From Deinococcales bacterium (GTDB lineage: Bacteria; Deinococcota; Deinococci; Deinococcales; JAAFIG01), in assembly GCA_031414595.1 (NCBI GenBank), contig JANNVX010000041.1, forward strand, positions 96,001 to 160,000: a DNA stretch of 64,000 nt, read 5' to 3'. Below, in pieces: positions 39,257 to 49,588 of this stretch (its first letter is position 1; each line of letters begins with the position of its first letter). Under the pieces are notes generated by a model. The model was not told where the DNA came from. It searched no databases and saw nothing but the letters and a program-made list of their open reading frames with translations. Position numbers and translations under genes: made by a program.

Positions 39257-39943
39257 TTAATTCTCGCCACCAGACCCAAGCCGATAACCAACGCCCCGCA
39301 CAGTTTGCAGTAAATCGCCACAAGTCCCCATGCGCGAACGCAAATTGCGAATATGGGTGTCTATGGTGCGTTCATCCAAGTTGTTGATGCTGATGCCGTC
39401 CAATAACTCGAGCCGACTAAACACCCGTCCGGGGCGACTGGCAAGCACTGCCAGTAGATGAAAATGAGTTCGGGTAAGTTGTAATTCGTTTAACCCACAA
39501 CCTGCAACAAAAGATTCTAAATCCAAGCTCAGTTCACCCACTTGAACTCGAGGGCGTTCTTTGGGGGCAGTTTTAGCGACTCTGCGTAAAACAGTTTTGA
39601 CCCGCAGCAGCACTTCTCGAGGACTAAATGGCTTAATGATGTAATCGTCTGCCCCAAATTCTAAGCCCAGCAAGCGGTCTATTTCTTCGACTTTGGCACT
39701 GAGGATAAGAACAGGCACATCGGATTCATGACGAATGGTTTTTAGTACCTCGAGACCATCTGGGGCGGGAATCATGATGTCTAATAAAATCAGTTGCGGA
39801 CGGGCTGCCCGCCAAAGCTCGAGCGCTCGCTTCCCAGAACTCGCCCGTTCGGTGCGGTAGCCAGCCGTTTGCAAACCACGCTCGAGCAGGTCAGCAATCC
39901 GTGGTTCGTCTTCGACAATTAAAATCAGTTCTGATGTGTTCAA
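39257..39943 (-). CDS. OmpR/PhoB family response regulator
   Basis: IVEDE, LLDIMIP, DDYIIKPF, winged helix RTIDTHI.NLR, TVRGVGY; start codon uncertain. Confidence 0.93.
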   Translation of the reverse strand: MNTSELILIVEDEPRIADLLERGLQTAGYRTERASSGKRALELWRAARPQLILLDIMIPAPDGLEVLKTIRHESDVPVLILSAKVEEIDRLLGLEFGADDYIIKPFSPREVLLRVKTVLRRVAKTAPKERPRVQVGELSLDLESFVAGCGLNELQLTRTHFHLLAVLASRPGRVFSRLELLDGISINNLDERTIDTHIRNLRSRMGTCGDLLQTVRGVGYRLGSGGEN

Positions 39944-39957
39944 GCGGACATCACACC

Positions 39958-41040
39958 TTAGTTTATCACGCGCTCGAGAAACCAAATACTGCCCATTAAA
40001 ACAGCGCTCAGGGTTGCCAGTAATGAAGCAGTTTTTACACTGCGCCCACCGAACAATTTTTGCAGCAAAGTAAGTCCGACAATAGCCAGCCCTGCCACAC
40101 CAACTTGGGCAATTTCAATGCCTAAGTTAAAACCAAGCAGCGTTGCACCTTGCTGGGTTGGATTGATACCCAGTGATGCCAGAGCGCCACCCAAGCCAAG
40201 CCCATGAATTAACGAGCAACCAAAAACCAAACCATAACGCAGTTCTCGAGCCGATGACGCTGTACTCGAGCGGGTTAAGTCATACAAGGCTAAACCAATA
40301 ATTGTTGCGGCAATCGCAGGTTCGACAATGTTTTCTGGGAATGTGATTCCACTGTAGACCACGGTCATCAGACTAATCGCATGACCAACTGTAAAAATAC
40401 TCAGGGCGGTCAAAATTTGTTTCCAACCCCAACCAGAAGCCATCACCACCAGCAAAAATAATAGATGATCCAGTCCAGCAAGCACGTGTTCGATGCCGTG
40501 TTGTAAAAACGAGGCAAAAACATTCAGGGCTGGCTCGTACAGTTTTCCTTGTGGGTGTTCTGGGGTCAGCATCAGCAGTTGTTCGTCTTTGAGGTTCTTG
40601 GTGATGGTTAGCCCTAAAGATTGCTCGGTTTCTTTTTTGCCCCATAATTTTGCTTCAAACGATAAGGGTTTATTTGGGTCCGTCAGTGCAAACCGACCCA
40701 TGACAATCAATTGATCGGCGGGTTGCCCTTCTTTTGAATCTTCTGGCGAGAGGGTCAGCATCAGCCCCTCGAGTGGACGAACGCCATCGGTATCGCTTAA
40801 GTGCAAACCTGCCTGAATTTGCTGCTGAATACTTTTGGTGTGAAGACTGAGTTCTCGAGCCGATAATAAACCATCACTGTCATCATCTACCTTCTCGAGT
40901 GATGAAGTGGGAATCGAAACCAGTAAGTACGCGCCATTCCCAGATAAATTCAGTGTGCCTTTTTGGGCGACCATCAAATGCGCCAAAGCCGTGTTGAATA
41001 GCCCTATTGTCAAGAGCAGGGCAAACAGTGCCGTTTTCAT
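39958..41040 (-). CDS. HupE/UreJ family membrane protein
   Basis: G..H...G.DHLLFL, FT.GH, LIHGLG, GFNLGIE..Q. Confidence 0.88.
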   Translation of the reverse strand: MKTALFALLLTIGLFNTALAHLMVAQKGTLNLSGNGAYLLVSIPTSSLEKVDDDSDGLLSARELSLHTKSIQQQIQAGLHLSDTDGVRPLEGLMLTLSPEDSKEGQPADQLIVMGRFALTDPNKPLSFEAKLWGKKETEQSLGLTITKNLKDEQLLMLTPEHPQGKLYEPALNVFASFLQHGIEHVLAGLDHLLFLLVVMASGWGWKQILTALSIFTVGHAISLMTVVYSGITFPENIVEPAIAATIIGLALYDLTRSSTASSARELRYGLVFGCSLIHGLGLGGALASLGINPTQQGATLLGFNLGIEIAQVGVAGLAIVGLTLLQKLFGGRSVKTASLLATLSAVLMGSIWFLERVIN

Positions 41041-41043
41041 GCG

Positions 41044-41988
41044 TTACCGCCCCGGAGGTGGTGCTTGGGTACTGGAGACGACAACTTTGCCTTTGACACA
41101 GCGCTGCAAGAACGGATAAGTATCAGTAGCGTAATAATGGTATGTGCCATTGGGGAATTCTGGGGTGACACCCGTCCGTCCGTTGCACTCGTCGAGTTCA
41201 CTTAGACCCGCCACGTACTCCCAGTCGTTCTTAAATGTACCCATGGCGTATAAGCTAGTGGCTGGACGGTTGGCATCGGGGGTGGCTTTGGTGCGGTAAC
41301 TGCCTTTCATGACTTTAATAGCAGATGTGGCATCGGTGGCAGTCGTGTAGCCATAACGCGCATAAATTGGGAAACCATCGGCTGCCCAACCAACCAGCGT
41401 CATGGCTTGACCTTTGCCTAGTTTGGTTAAATAACCCTCTGGCATCCCATGATAATGGTATTCGCCGCTTGGTTGAACATGCGCCGTATTGCTGTCTGTG
41501 CCAAAGTTAAAAGCCGTTCCACCAAGGGCTTCCATTCGCCATTGCCCAACATTGCCATTTAGGGTGCAGTTATTACCGCTATCGTTACAACTCCCACCCG
41601 TATCTGGGTCGAGTTTGACACCGTTTAAGATATAACCCACTGCTCCTCGAGGACCGCCTAAGGTGGTAGACGTGCTGGTTTTCTCTGGCGCTAAGGTGTA
41701 AGTCGCCGTTACATTCTGTGCCGATATTCTATTGGGATTGTTGGCATTGGGGAATGTGCCAACGGCATGATCCGGAATTCCATTGGCGGTCAATACCCTT
41801 GAAGTTGCTGTACAAGACCATTTGACGGTACTGGTGGCATTGACCGAAGCGCTGTTATTAAAAACGCTTTGGGTATAGTCACATAATACGCCTGCCATTC
41901 CAGTAGTTGCTGTTGTTGCCGTCCCTGCTGGCGTACAAGCGATTAACGCCAGCGCTGCCATTCCACCTAATTTATAGAACCGATTCAT
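41044..41988 (-). CDS. YHYH domain lipoprotein
   Basis: Lipobox LIAC; AH.QP.G.YHYH, GWAADGFPIY, LDECNG, YHYY. Confidence 0.9.
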   Translation of the reverse strand: MNRFYKLGGMAALALIACTPAGTATTATTGMAGVLCDYTQSVFNNSASVNATSTVKWSCTATSRVLTANGIPDHAVGTFPNANNPNRISAQNVTATYTLAPEKTSTSTTLGGPRGAVGYILNGVKLDPDTGGSCNDSGNNCTLNGNVGQWRMEALGGTAFNFGTDSNTAHVQPSGEYHYHGMPEGYLTKLGKGQAMTLVGWAADGFPIYARYGYTTATDATSAIKVMKGSYRTKATPDANRPATSLYAMGTFKNDWEYVAGLSELDECNGRTGVTPEFPNGTYHYYATDTYPFLQRCVKGKVVVSSTQAPPPGR

Positions 41989-42089
41989 AAAACCTCCTGC
42001 CTTCAGGCTGAATATCCTTTAGGTATGAAGACAATACAAAGACATGTGTGCAAGTACACCTAAAGAAATATGCAAATTCAAAGGAGAAA

Positions 42090-42641
42090 TCATCTTTTTA
42101 GTAGCTCGAGAAAATTTGGCGGTACAGCATCGGCTAACCAAACACCGTTTTCTGAGCAGTAAAACGAATACCCCATTTTGTGCATCTCGAGGGCATGAAC
42201 TTTAAGAAGGATGGCTTTCCCATGCCGATTACCTACTTTAAGCGCGGTTTGCGTATCAATGGATAAATGCACATGATGGCGTTTCATTTTATCTAAGCCA
42301 GTCTCGAGAATTGCGGTTAAAGACTGCTCCGTTGTACCGTGGAACAAAAATTCTGGCGGCTCGAGAGAAATTAAATCAAGCTCCACAGTCACGCTATGAC
42401 CTTGACTGGCACGAATGTTTTGTTTGGTTTCATCAAAAGCAAAGCGCTGTTTATCGTTTTTTAATACCACTTCCTCAAGTTCGGCTCGAGATAGGCTAAA
42501 TCCTTTACGATTAAAGGCTTCTAGCAGCGCATCCACCGATACCCAACCACTGAGTGATAATTGCAAGCCAAGTCTTTGAGGGTTATGACGCAGGGCTTTA
42601 GACATGGTTTTACTGATTTGTACAAGACGATTATTTTCCAT
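42090..42641 (-). CDS. kptA: RNA 2'-phosphotransferase (KptA/Tpt1)
   Basis: SK..S..LRH, KQRF, IRASQGHS, FHGT, RHHVHLS, NGVWL; start codon uncertain. Confidence 0.93.
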   Translation of the reverse strand: MENNRLVQISKTMSKALRHNPQRLGLQLSLSGWVSVDALLEAFNRKGFSLSRAELEEVVLKNDKQRFAFDETKQNIRASQGHSVTVELDLISLEPPEFLFHGTTEQSLTAILETGLDKMKRHHVHLSIDTQTALKVGNRHGKAILLKVHALEMHKMGYSFYCSENGVWLADAVPPNFLELLKR

Positions 42642-42741
42642 CTGTTTATTTTGGTGCTTCTCGAGCCAAATAGCCACAGTGTTCTGGCTTAAGCGCAAAG
42701 ACCGATACCAAACCTGCATAATTGTACTAGACTCGAGTCTC

Positions 42742-43740
42742 ATGTCCATCGAACTCTTGGTTTTAGGTCAATCTGGCAACGACAACGCCGCTTTGGTGCG
42801 AATTGATACAGGGCAGGCGATTCACCGTTTACTCTTTGACTGCGGACAAGATGTTCTAAACTCTCTCGAGTACAACGAAATTTTGTCAATAGACCATCTG
42901 TTCTTCTCGCATTTGCACATGGATCATATTGCGGGTTTCGATGCGCTTTTTCGTGGCTTGTACGCCCGTACCCATAAACCCAATTCAATTTGGGGTCCAG
43001 ACCAAACGGCTCGGATTTTACAGCACCGTTTTTGTGGCACACTCTGGAATTTGCATGAGGGCATGAACGCCACATGGTTGGTGCATGACATTCTTGAGGA
43101 GCAGATTCGTACCTACCGATATGAATTAGCCGATGCCTTTGAAAATGCCTATTTAGAACCCAAAAAACCACGTTCCAAATATATTCTCGAGCATCCAGAT
43201 TACAGTGTAGAAGTGATTATTCTTGACCACCGCACCCCAAGTCTTGCCTATGTGGTACGAGAAAAAGACCGAATCAATCTCGAGCCAGAAAAACTCAAAG
43301 CCCTTGGTTTAGAAGCTGGTGCATGGGTACGAGACCTCAAAAATTTGGAACTCCAAAAAGAAACATTGAACATTAACGGTAAAATCTATCCACTCGAGGC
43401 GCTACGTTCTGAGCTTTTAACCACGACCAAAGGCGATGCGGTGGCGTACTGCACCGATTTTATTCTTAACCAAGAAACAGCCAAAAAACTCATTCCAGCT
43501 TTACAAGGTGTGCGGTTACTGCTCTGCGAAAGTCAATATTTACACACCGACCTCGAGATGGCAGAGAAAAACTTTCACATGACCAATAAACAAGTGGCAG
43601 AACTGGCAGCTTTGGCAGAGGTGCAGGAGCTACGGCTTTTTCATGTTTCTGACAGGTATTCAGCCCTCGAGCGCCAAATTTTACTCGAGCAAGCCAGAAG
43701 CATTTTTGCCAATGCCCATTATCCGAGTCATTGGGTATAA
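42742..43740 (+). CDS. Ribonuclease Z-like metallo-beta-lactamase
   Basis: LFDCG, SHLHMDH, DH..PS..Y, exosite-like insert, D, HMT, H.S.RY. Confidence 0.85.
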   Translation: MSIELLVLGQSGNDNAALVRIDTGQAIHRLLFDCGQDVLNSLEYNEILSIDHLFFSHLHMDHIAGFDALFRGLYARTHKPNSIWGPDQTARILQHRFCGTLWNLHEGMNATWLVHDILEEQIRTYRYELADAFENAYLEPKKPRSKYILEHPDYSVEVIILDHRTPSLAYVVREKDRINLEPEKLKALGLEAGAWVRDLKNLELQKETLNINGKIYPLEALRSELLTTTKGDAVAYCTDFILNQETAKKLIPALQGVRLLLCESQYLHTDLEMAEKNFHMTNKQVAELAALAEVQELRLFHVSDRYSALERQILLEQARSIFANAHYPSHWV

Positions 43741-43789
43741 ATGTCTGGGTATGAGTGACGCTCATCAAATACTTGAGTAAACTAGGGGC

Positions 43790-44851
43790 GTGAGTTTACG
43801 AGTTACCCCTGTCACCAATCCCCTCGAGTGGGATGCCTTGGTTCAAACCTTTACTTATCATAGTGCGCTGCAAGGCTGGGGCTTTGGCGAAGCAAGGCGT
43901 GTTACAGCTTGGACACCGCACCGCCTAAAACTCGAGCGGGACGGCGTGGTTTTTGCAGCTGCTCAAGTGCTGCGCCGTTCGCAATACGGCTTAGGGTATT
44001 TGTACTGCCCCCGTGGACCTGCCCTAAACAGTCTGGGGGATTTACAGGATGTGGCAACTGCCTTAAAGTCATGGGCAAAAATGACCGATGTCAGCCTCAA
44101 AATTGAGCCATGTGTACCAATTTCGTCACTTGGCGACCCAAGCATCATGCCCGAAAAAATCGGAGTTTGGAGTTTAGCCGAAACAATCCAACCCACCCAC
44201 ACGGTTTTAATCAGTCTCGAGGAAAGCGAAGATGTGCGCCTGTCCGCCATGCACCAAATGGCAAAACGCAACACCAAACAAAGCCTCAAAGAAGGTGTGA
44301 CCGCCGAAACCGATGATGACTTCGAGGCATTCTGGGAACTTTTTAGCGAGACCAATACGCGCTCAAAATTGTTGCAACGCTCAAAAGCCTATTACCAAGC
44401 GATGTTCAAGGAGTGCGCCAAGTACGGTGGTGAAGCCAGAATCATCAATGCTCGCTGGAATGGTAAGGCGCTGGCAACCTGCTTTGTGATTGGGCTGGGC
44501 AACGAACTGTGTTACTTGTATGGCGGCAGTATCCGAGCCGAGCGTGAAGAAGGACAACGTGACCCGAAAGCCCCAAATGGCGCGTATTGGGGCATGATTC
44601 GGTTTGGGCTGTCTCGAGCCTACAAGACTTTGGATTTATACGGCATCCCGAAGCGCATAGACGAAAGCACAAGCGATAAAATCAGCAATGGAGTCTATGA
44701 GTTTAAGATGCGGCTTGGTGGGCAAATGGCGTACTTTCCAGCTTATGAAATTGCACTTAATCCGCTATCATCTGCCGTCAATACTGCCCTGCGCTGGCGG
44801 CGAAAAGCCATGAATCGTAAAGCTCGAGGGAACGAAAATGATGTCTTATAA
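43790..44851 (+). CDS. FemABX family peptidoglycan bridge glycyltransferase
   Basis: LQ.W.FG, Y.PRGP, KIEP, YLYGGS, D.YG, G...FK...GG. Confidence 0.88.
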   Translation: MSLRVTPVTNPLEWDALVQTFTYHSALQGWGFGEARRVTAWTPHRLKLERDGVVFAAAQVLRRSQYGLGYLYCPRGPALNSLGDLQDVATALKSWAKMTDVSLKIEPCVPISSLGDPSIMPEKIGVWSLAETIQPTHTVLISLEESEDVRLSAMHQMAKRNTKQSLKEGVTAETDDDFEAFWELFSETNTRSKLLQRSKAYYQAMFKECAKYGGEARIINARWNGKALATCFVIGLGNELCYLYGGSIRAEREEGQRDPKAPNGAYWGMIRFGLSRAYKTLDLYGIPKRIDESTSDKISNGVYEFKMRLGGQMAYFPAYEIALNPLSSAVNTALRWRRKAMNRKARGNENDVL

Positions 44852-44924
44852 AATAGTCTAACTCGGTCTTTTAAGCACGGGTTAAAAGTTTTGACGTGTA
44901 CTTAGAAGGGTTATTTACTTTCAC

Positions 44925-46241
44925 CTAGCCCTTAAACCGCCCCATCAGTTGTTGCAAGCCACGTCCTTTGCTGCCGCGCATCAGTTTCATCATGTCTTTC
45001 ATTTGGTCATACATTTTGACCAAACGGTTCAGTTCCTGCACCGTGTTACCGCTTCCTACCGCGATGCGTTTTCGGCGTTGCCCGTCTATCAGTTTGGGAT
45101 TACGGCGTTCTTTTAAGGTCATGCTTTGAATCATGGCTTCGATGCGCTTAAATTGTTTTTCGTCTACGTTTAAGTCATTAGGCAGCATTCGGCTCATACC
45201 GGGAATCATTTTCACTAAGTCGCCAATCGGACCCATTTTCTGAATACTTTTTAACTGCTCGAGTAGGTCTTCAAAGTCAAATTCATTGGGTTTTTTCGGC
45301 GCAAAGGACTGAATATCGGCTTGTTGGGCGCGTTCAATCAGGGTCAGGACATCGCCCATACCAAGGATTCGTTGGGCAACCCGCTCTGGGTAAAATGGCT
45401 CGAGTCCGCCGATTTTTTCAGACACACCCGCAAACATAATCGGTTTACCTGTCACGCTTCTTGCCGATAATGCCGCGCCGCCACGAGCATCACCATCGAG
45501 TTTGGTCATGATTAAACCCGAAACACCAATTCGCGCATCGAAAGCCGATGAAACATTCAATGCCTCTTGTCCGGTCATGGCATCCACGACTAAAAAGGTT
45601 TCCGATGGGCTTAACTGGGTTTTTAAGTCTGCTAGCGCGTCCATTAGCCCTTCGTCTATTTGCAAACGCCCGGCGGTGTCCACAATCACCAAATCATGGA
45701 AATTGGTTCTTAGGTATTCTTCCAGTCTGGCTTTGGTGCTGCTGGGTGATTCGTTGTCTTGCACCTCGAGAACTGGTACACCGACCTGTTGCCCTAAGAC
45801 CTTGAGTTGGTCTCGAGCCGCAGGGCGTTGCGTGTCGGCTGCCACCAGTAGGGGTCTGCGACCTTTAGATTTATAAAATGAAGCCAATTTACCGGTAGTG
45901 GTAGTCTTACCCGCACCTTGTAAACCGACCATAAACCAGACGTTGCCTTCGGTTTTTAAGAGTGGCTGGCTGGCATCGCCGCCGAGCATTTCTCTAAGTT
46001 CGTCATAGACAATTTTAATCACTTGCTGACCGGGCGTTAGGCTGGTCAGGACTTCTTGCCCAACGGCTTTTTCTTGGACTCGAGCCACAAAGTCTTTGGC
46101 AACCGTAAAATTGACATCGGCTTCGAGCAGTGCCACACGAACTTCACGCAGGGCGGTTTTGACATCCGCATCGGTCAGTTTGCCGCGTTGACGCAATTTA
46201 TCAAAAATATCTTGGAGTTTATTTCCTAGGGTTTCAAACAT
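44925..46241 (-). CDS. ffh: Signal recognition particle protein
   Basis: [26 protein letters not shown] domain. Confidence 0.98.
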   Translation of the reverse strand: MFETLGNKLQDIFDKLRQRGKLTDADVKTALREVRVALLEADVNFTVAKDFVARVQEKAVGQEVLTSLTPGQQVIKIVYDELREMLGGDASQPLLKTEGNVWFMVGLQGAGKTTTTGKLASFYKSKGRRPLLVAADTQRPAARDQLKVLGQQVGVPVLEVQDNESPSSTKARLEEYLRTNFHDLVIVDTAGRLQIDEGLMDALADLKTQLSPSETFLVVDAMTGQEALNVSSAFDARIGVSGLIMTKLDGDARGGAALSARSVTGKPIMFAGVSEKIGGLEPFYPERVAQRILGMGDVLTLIERAQQADIQSFAPKKPNEFDFEDLLEQLKSIQKMGPIGDLVKMIPGMSRMLPNDLNVDEKQFKRIEAMIQSMTLKERRNPKLIDGQRRKRIAVGSGNTVQELNRLVKMYDQMKDMMKLMRGSKGRGLQQLMGRFKG

Positions 46242-46290
46242 ACGCTATTGTATAGGCAAACGGCGCAAGAAAAAAGCCAAAACTGATTAA

Positions 46291-46355
46291 ACCGTAGGGG
46301 CGAGGCTTCTTGATTCTAAACGCGCACCTGTCGGGCAGAATCGCATGCCTCGCCC
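46291..46355 (+). repeat. GTAG-type REP with the conserved structured insert
   Basis: ACCGTAGGGGCGAGGC-TTCTT-GATTCT-AAACGCGCACCTGTCGGGC-AGAATC-GCATGCCTCGCCC. Confidence 0.85.
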
Positions 46356-46395
46356 GCTAACGCAATCCATTTTGGTTTATTGCCATAGTCATTTT

Positions 46396-47295
46396 TCAAT
46401 CTGATTCTGACAATACCTGCAACCAAAGCGGGTATTCGGCTCGAGTTGTGCCGTTTCTAAAACGATCTAGGTGCTTGTTGCCGTACTCCATAAAGTCAAA
46501 TTCAAGGCTCGAGATACCACTTTGTAAATACCCCCAAAAGGCTTCTCGAGCATCGGACACAAGGCGCATCAGTTGAACTTGGGCAAGCAAAATAGGGGTT
46601 ATTTGCCCGTAATAAAGGCTAATCAGGTTTTGCAGTTCAATTTCGTTTAACTCGAGGTTCGCCGCCAAGTTACCAAGGTCAAAAGCGCAGTTGCTATTGC
46701 CAGCGTATTCCCAATCCACAATCCAAAGCTGGTTGGTGACTAAAATATTGGCGGGTAATAAATCGTTATGGCACGGCACAATAACCGCATGAGGCTCGAG
46801 AATGGCTTTTATGTGTTGTAACTGCTCGAGAATTTGGGTCGTATCTTTTGGAAATTTGACGTGGTGTTCAAGCGCTAATTGATGGTAATTTCGGATGGTT
46901 TCAAAGGCGCTAAAAGATTTAGGGAAGGCTGGGGCAGCATGAATTTTTTTCAGGGCGTTCAGGATTGCTTCAAGCTGCATTTTGGCTCTGGGGATGGTCA
47001 GTGTTTCGGCATTCTCGAGATAGCGGGTAAAAAGCGCCCCATGAATTTGCAGGTACGCCACGGGCTGAGCGCCGATGCCAACCGAGTAAGCGGTGCTACT
47101 GCATTCAAATTCGCATTTGCGGTCTATCCCCAAAAGCTCGGTGCGTTCGCCCGGAACACGCAGCATATATGTGCCAGATGCGGCTTCTAGTTTGTAATTG
47201 CGGTTGGTGATGCCACCGGGGATGGCTTCTAGGCTAAGGATTTTGCCCACCAGCAATTGCACATCCTTGGTTAGTTCTCGGGTCAATTGGTTCAC
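46396..47295 (-). CDS. Choline/ethanolamine kinase-like phosphotransferase
   Basis: GGITN.NY, CHNDLL..N, DWEYA, FDL. Confidence 0.88.
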   Translation of the reverse strand: MNQLTRELTKDVQLLVGKILSLEAIPGGITNRNYKLEAASGTYMLRVPGERTELLGIDRKCEFECSSTAYSVGIGAQPVAYLQIHGALFTRYLENAETLTIPRAKMQLEAILNALKKIHAAPAFPKSFSAFETIRNYHQLALEHHVKFPKDTTQILEQLQHIKAILEPHAVIVPCHNDLLPANILVTNQLWIVDWEYAGNSNCAFDLGNLAANLELNEIELQNLISLYYGQITPILLAQVQLMRLVSDAREAFWGYLQSGISSLEFDFMEYGNKHLDRFRNGTTRAEYPLWLQVLSESD

Positions 47296-47328
47296 AGTGT
47301 CTGGTAGTTTAGCCTGTTATGCTTATTC

Positions 47329-48696
47329 ATGCTCAAAATTTTAGATACAGCACAATCTTGGGATGTGATTGTTCTTGGTGGTGGCACGGCTGGGGCAATT
47401 GCCGCCATCAAAGCGGCTCGAGCCGGGGCTAAAACACTGGTGGTCGAAGCCCTAGGAAGCCTAGGCGGAACGGGAACAAATGCCCAAGTGACCCCCTTAA
47501 TGCGAAATATCTCGAGTGGCATTAACCTCAATCAAGGTTTAACCAACGAGCTTAAGACGCGGCTTTTTGCCCAAGGTGATGGTGCGACCGATATGCACAA
47601 TAATGACAACTGGTTTAACCCCGAAGGCATGAAATATGTTCTCGAGCGAATGCTGGTCGAGTCCGGTGGGGATATTTTGTACCACACCCATTTTGTGTCC
47701 CCTGAACTCGAGCAAGAGCGGGTGACGAGTGTGGTTGTGCATAACAAAGATGGTTTGGTGCGCTTAAAAGCCAAAGCCTTTATAGATGCGACTGGCGATG
47801 CCGACTTGAGTGTTCGGGCAGGAGCGCCTTTTCAAGCTGGCGAAGCCGAAACGGGTTTACATCAAGCCATGAGTCTGCGCTTTATTCTGGGCGGGGTTGA
47901 CCGCCAAAAACTTTGCGGGTTTTTAGCTAGGCACGGACAAGTTCAAGAATCCGAGCAGTTTATGCACTTTTGGATGGTTTGGGGCAAAAACGCCAGTCTT
48001 GAACCAATTTTCAAAAAAGCCGTCGAACAAGGTGTTCTCGAGGAACGTGACGGCGATTACTTTCAGGGTTTTAGTATCCCCGGAATGCCCAACTGTATCT
48101 CTTTTAATAATCCGCGTTTAGCCGAAGACATCAATGATGGCGCAGATGCTTGGACACTTTCCAGAGCGCAAATAGATGGCAAGCACGCGATTAACCGCCT
48201 TGTTAAATTCTTACGCAACACCTTTGAAGGTTGCGAGAACAGTTTTGTCTCGAGTTACGCTGCTATCCCCGGAGTACGCGAAACCAGACGAATCGAAGGT
48301 GAATACATGCTGACCTTAGACGACATTCTCGAGTGCCGCACCTTTGAAGACGCAATTTGCCGCAACCATTACCCTGTAGACATTCACACCCCACGCGGAC
48401 AAAAGCTCTACCACGAACGTTCTGGCGACCTACCGTACTTCAAACCTGATGCCTTCCATGAAATCCCCTATCGTAGCCTGATACCGCTTGGACTCGAGAA
48501 TGTGCTTGTCCCCGGACGTTGTGCCAGTGCCACCTTTGAAGCTCAGAGCGCCATCCGAGTTCAACAGAACTGCCACAGCATGGGCGAAGCGGCTGGACTG
48601 GCGGCAGCATGGATGGCAGAACAGAACTTAACTTCAAGGCAAGTCAACGCCCTCGAGTTACGGGCAGCCCTGAAAGCCGACGGAGCGTATTTATGA
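47329..48696 (+). CDS. FAD-dependent oxidoreductase
   Basis: DVIVLGGGTAG, IDATGDAD, GVRETRRI.G, IPYRSL. Confidence 0.9.
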   Translation: MLKILDTAQSWDVIVLGGGTAGAIAAIKAARAGAKTLVVEALGSLGGTGTNAQVTPLMRNISSGINLNQGLTNELKTRLFAQGDGATDMHNNDNWFNPEGMKYVLERMLVESGGDILYHTHFVSPELEQERVTSVVVHNKDGLVRLKAKAFIDATGDADLSVRAGAPFQAGEAETGLHQAMSLRFILGGVDRQKLCGFLARHGQVQESEQFMHFWMVWGKNASLEPIFKKAVEQGVLEERDGDYFQGFSIPGMPNCISFNNPRLAEDINDGADAWTLSRAQIDGKHAINRLVKFLRNTFEGCENSFVSSYAAIPGVRETRRIEGEYMLTLDDILECRTFEDAICRNHYPVDIHTPRGQKLYHERSGDLPYFKPDAFHEIPYRSLIPLGLENVLVPGRCASATFEAQSAIRVQQNCHSMGEAAGLAAAWMAEQNLTSRQVNALELRAALKADGAYL

Positions 48697-48710
48697 GCAA
48701 CGAGCAAATC

Positions 48711-48795
48711 AGGGCGAACACAAGGTTCGCCCCTACGGTTGGACACGACTTATTTTGCAATTTAATCGTTAGGGGCAGACCTCTGTGTCTGCCCT
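48711..48795. repeat. Inverted doublet of REP elements
   Basis: AGGGCGAACACAAGGTTCGCCCCTACGGT ... TAGGGGCAGACCTCTGTGTCTGCCCT. Confidence 0.8.
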
Positions 48796-48832
48796 GTAAG
48801 AAAACTTTTTTTAATATTCTCTTTAGGAATCC

Positions 48833-49588
48833 ATGCCTCTGCTCATTGACCTAAACGCCGATGCTGGTGAATCCTACGGAACTTGGACGCTTGGACAGGA
48901 TGCGGCGCTTTTTGGGTTTCTCTCGAGTGTCAACATCGCTTGTGGGTTTCATGCTGGCGACCCAAAGATGATATTGCAGACCCTCGAGTTGGCAGAGCAG
49001 CATGGTTTAGCGATTGGCGCACATCCGGGCTTTCCAGATTTAATTGGTTTTGGCAGACGCGAAATGAACCTTGAAGCCAATCAGATTTATGCCGATGTGC
49101 TGTATCAGATTGCGGCACTCGAGGGCATGACACAGGCTCAGGGTTTAAGGCTGCACCATGTCAAAGCCCACGGCGCACTGTACAACCAAGCCGCCCGAAA
49201 TCTAAGCACCGCCAAAGCCATTGCTAAAGCCGTCCATGATTTTGACTCGAGTTTGCCATTTGTTGGACTGCCCAATTCAAAACTCGAGGAAGCTGCCACC
49301 GAATACGGCTTGCGATTCATCCCAGAAGCCTTTCCAGAACGCGGCTATGTGGATTCTGGGCAACTTGCACCACGCAGTATCAATGGCTCAAGTATTCACG
49401 ACCCAGAACTGGCGGCGGCTCGAGCCGTACAGATGGCAAGGGGTTGGATTGAAACACTTGAAGGGCATATCCTCGAGATTGCGCCACAAACCTTGTGTAT
49501 TCACGGCGATAACCCCAATGCTGTCGAGATTGCCAAGGCAGTCCGCCAAGCACTCGAGCAAGCAGGGTTTCAGGTTCGGGCTTATTGA
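48833..49588 (+). CDS. pxpA: 5-oxoprolinase subunit A (LamB/YcsF)
   Basis: DLNAD.GE, NIACGFHAGD, GAHPG..D..GFGRR, KAHGALYN, CIHGD. Confidence 0.95.
   Translation: MPLLIDLNADAGESYGTWTLGQDAALFGFLSSVNIACGFHAGDPKMILQTLELAEQHGLAIGAHPGFPDLIGFGRREMNLEANQIYADVLYQIAALEGMTQAQGLRLHHVKAHGALYNQAARNLSTAKAIAKAVHDFDSSLPFVGLPNSKLEEAATEYGLRFIPEAFPERGYVDSGQLAPRSINGSSIHDPELAAARAVQMARGWIETLEGHILEIAPQTLCIHGDNPNAVEIAKAVRQALEQAGFQVRAY

Noticed and set aside
46310-46345. Group II intron end or known ribozyme in the REP insert (GTGCG on the minus strand)
   Set aside because: Only 5 nt match; no intron domains or reverse transcriptase, and I could not see hammerhead, twister or pistol cores
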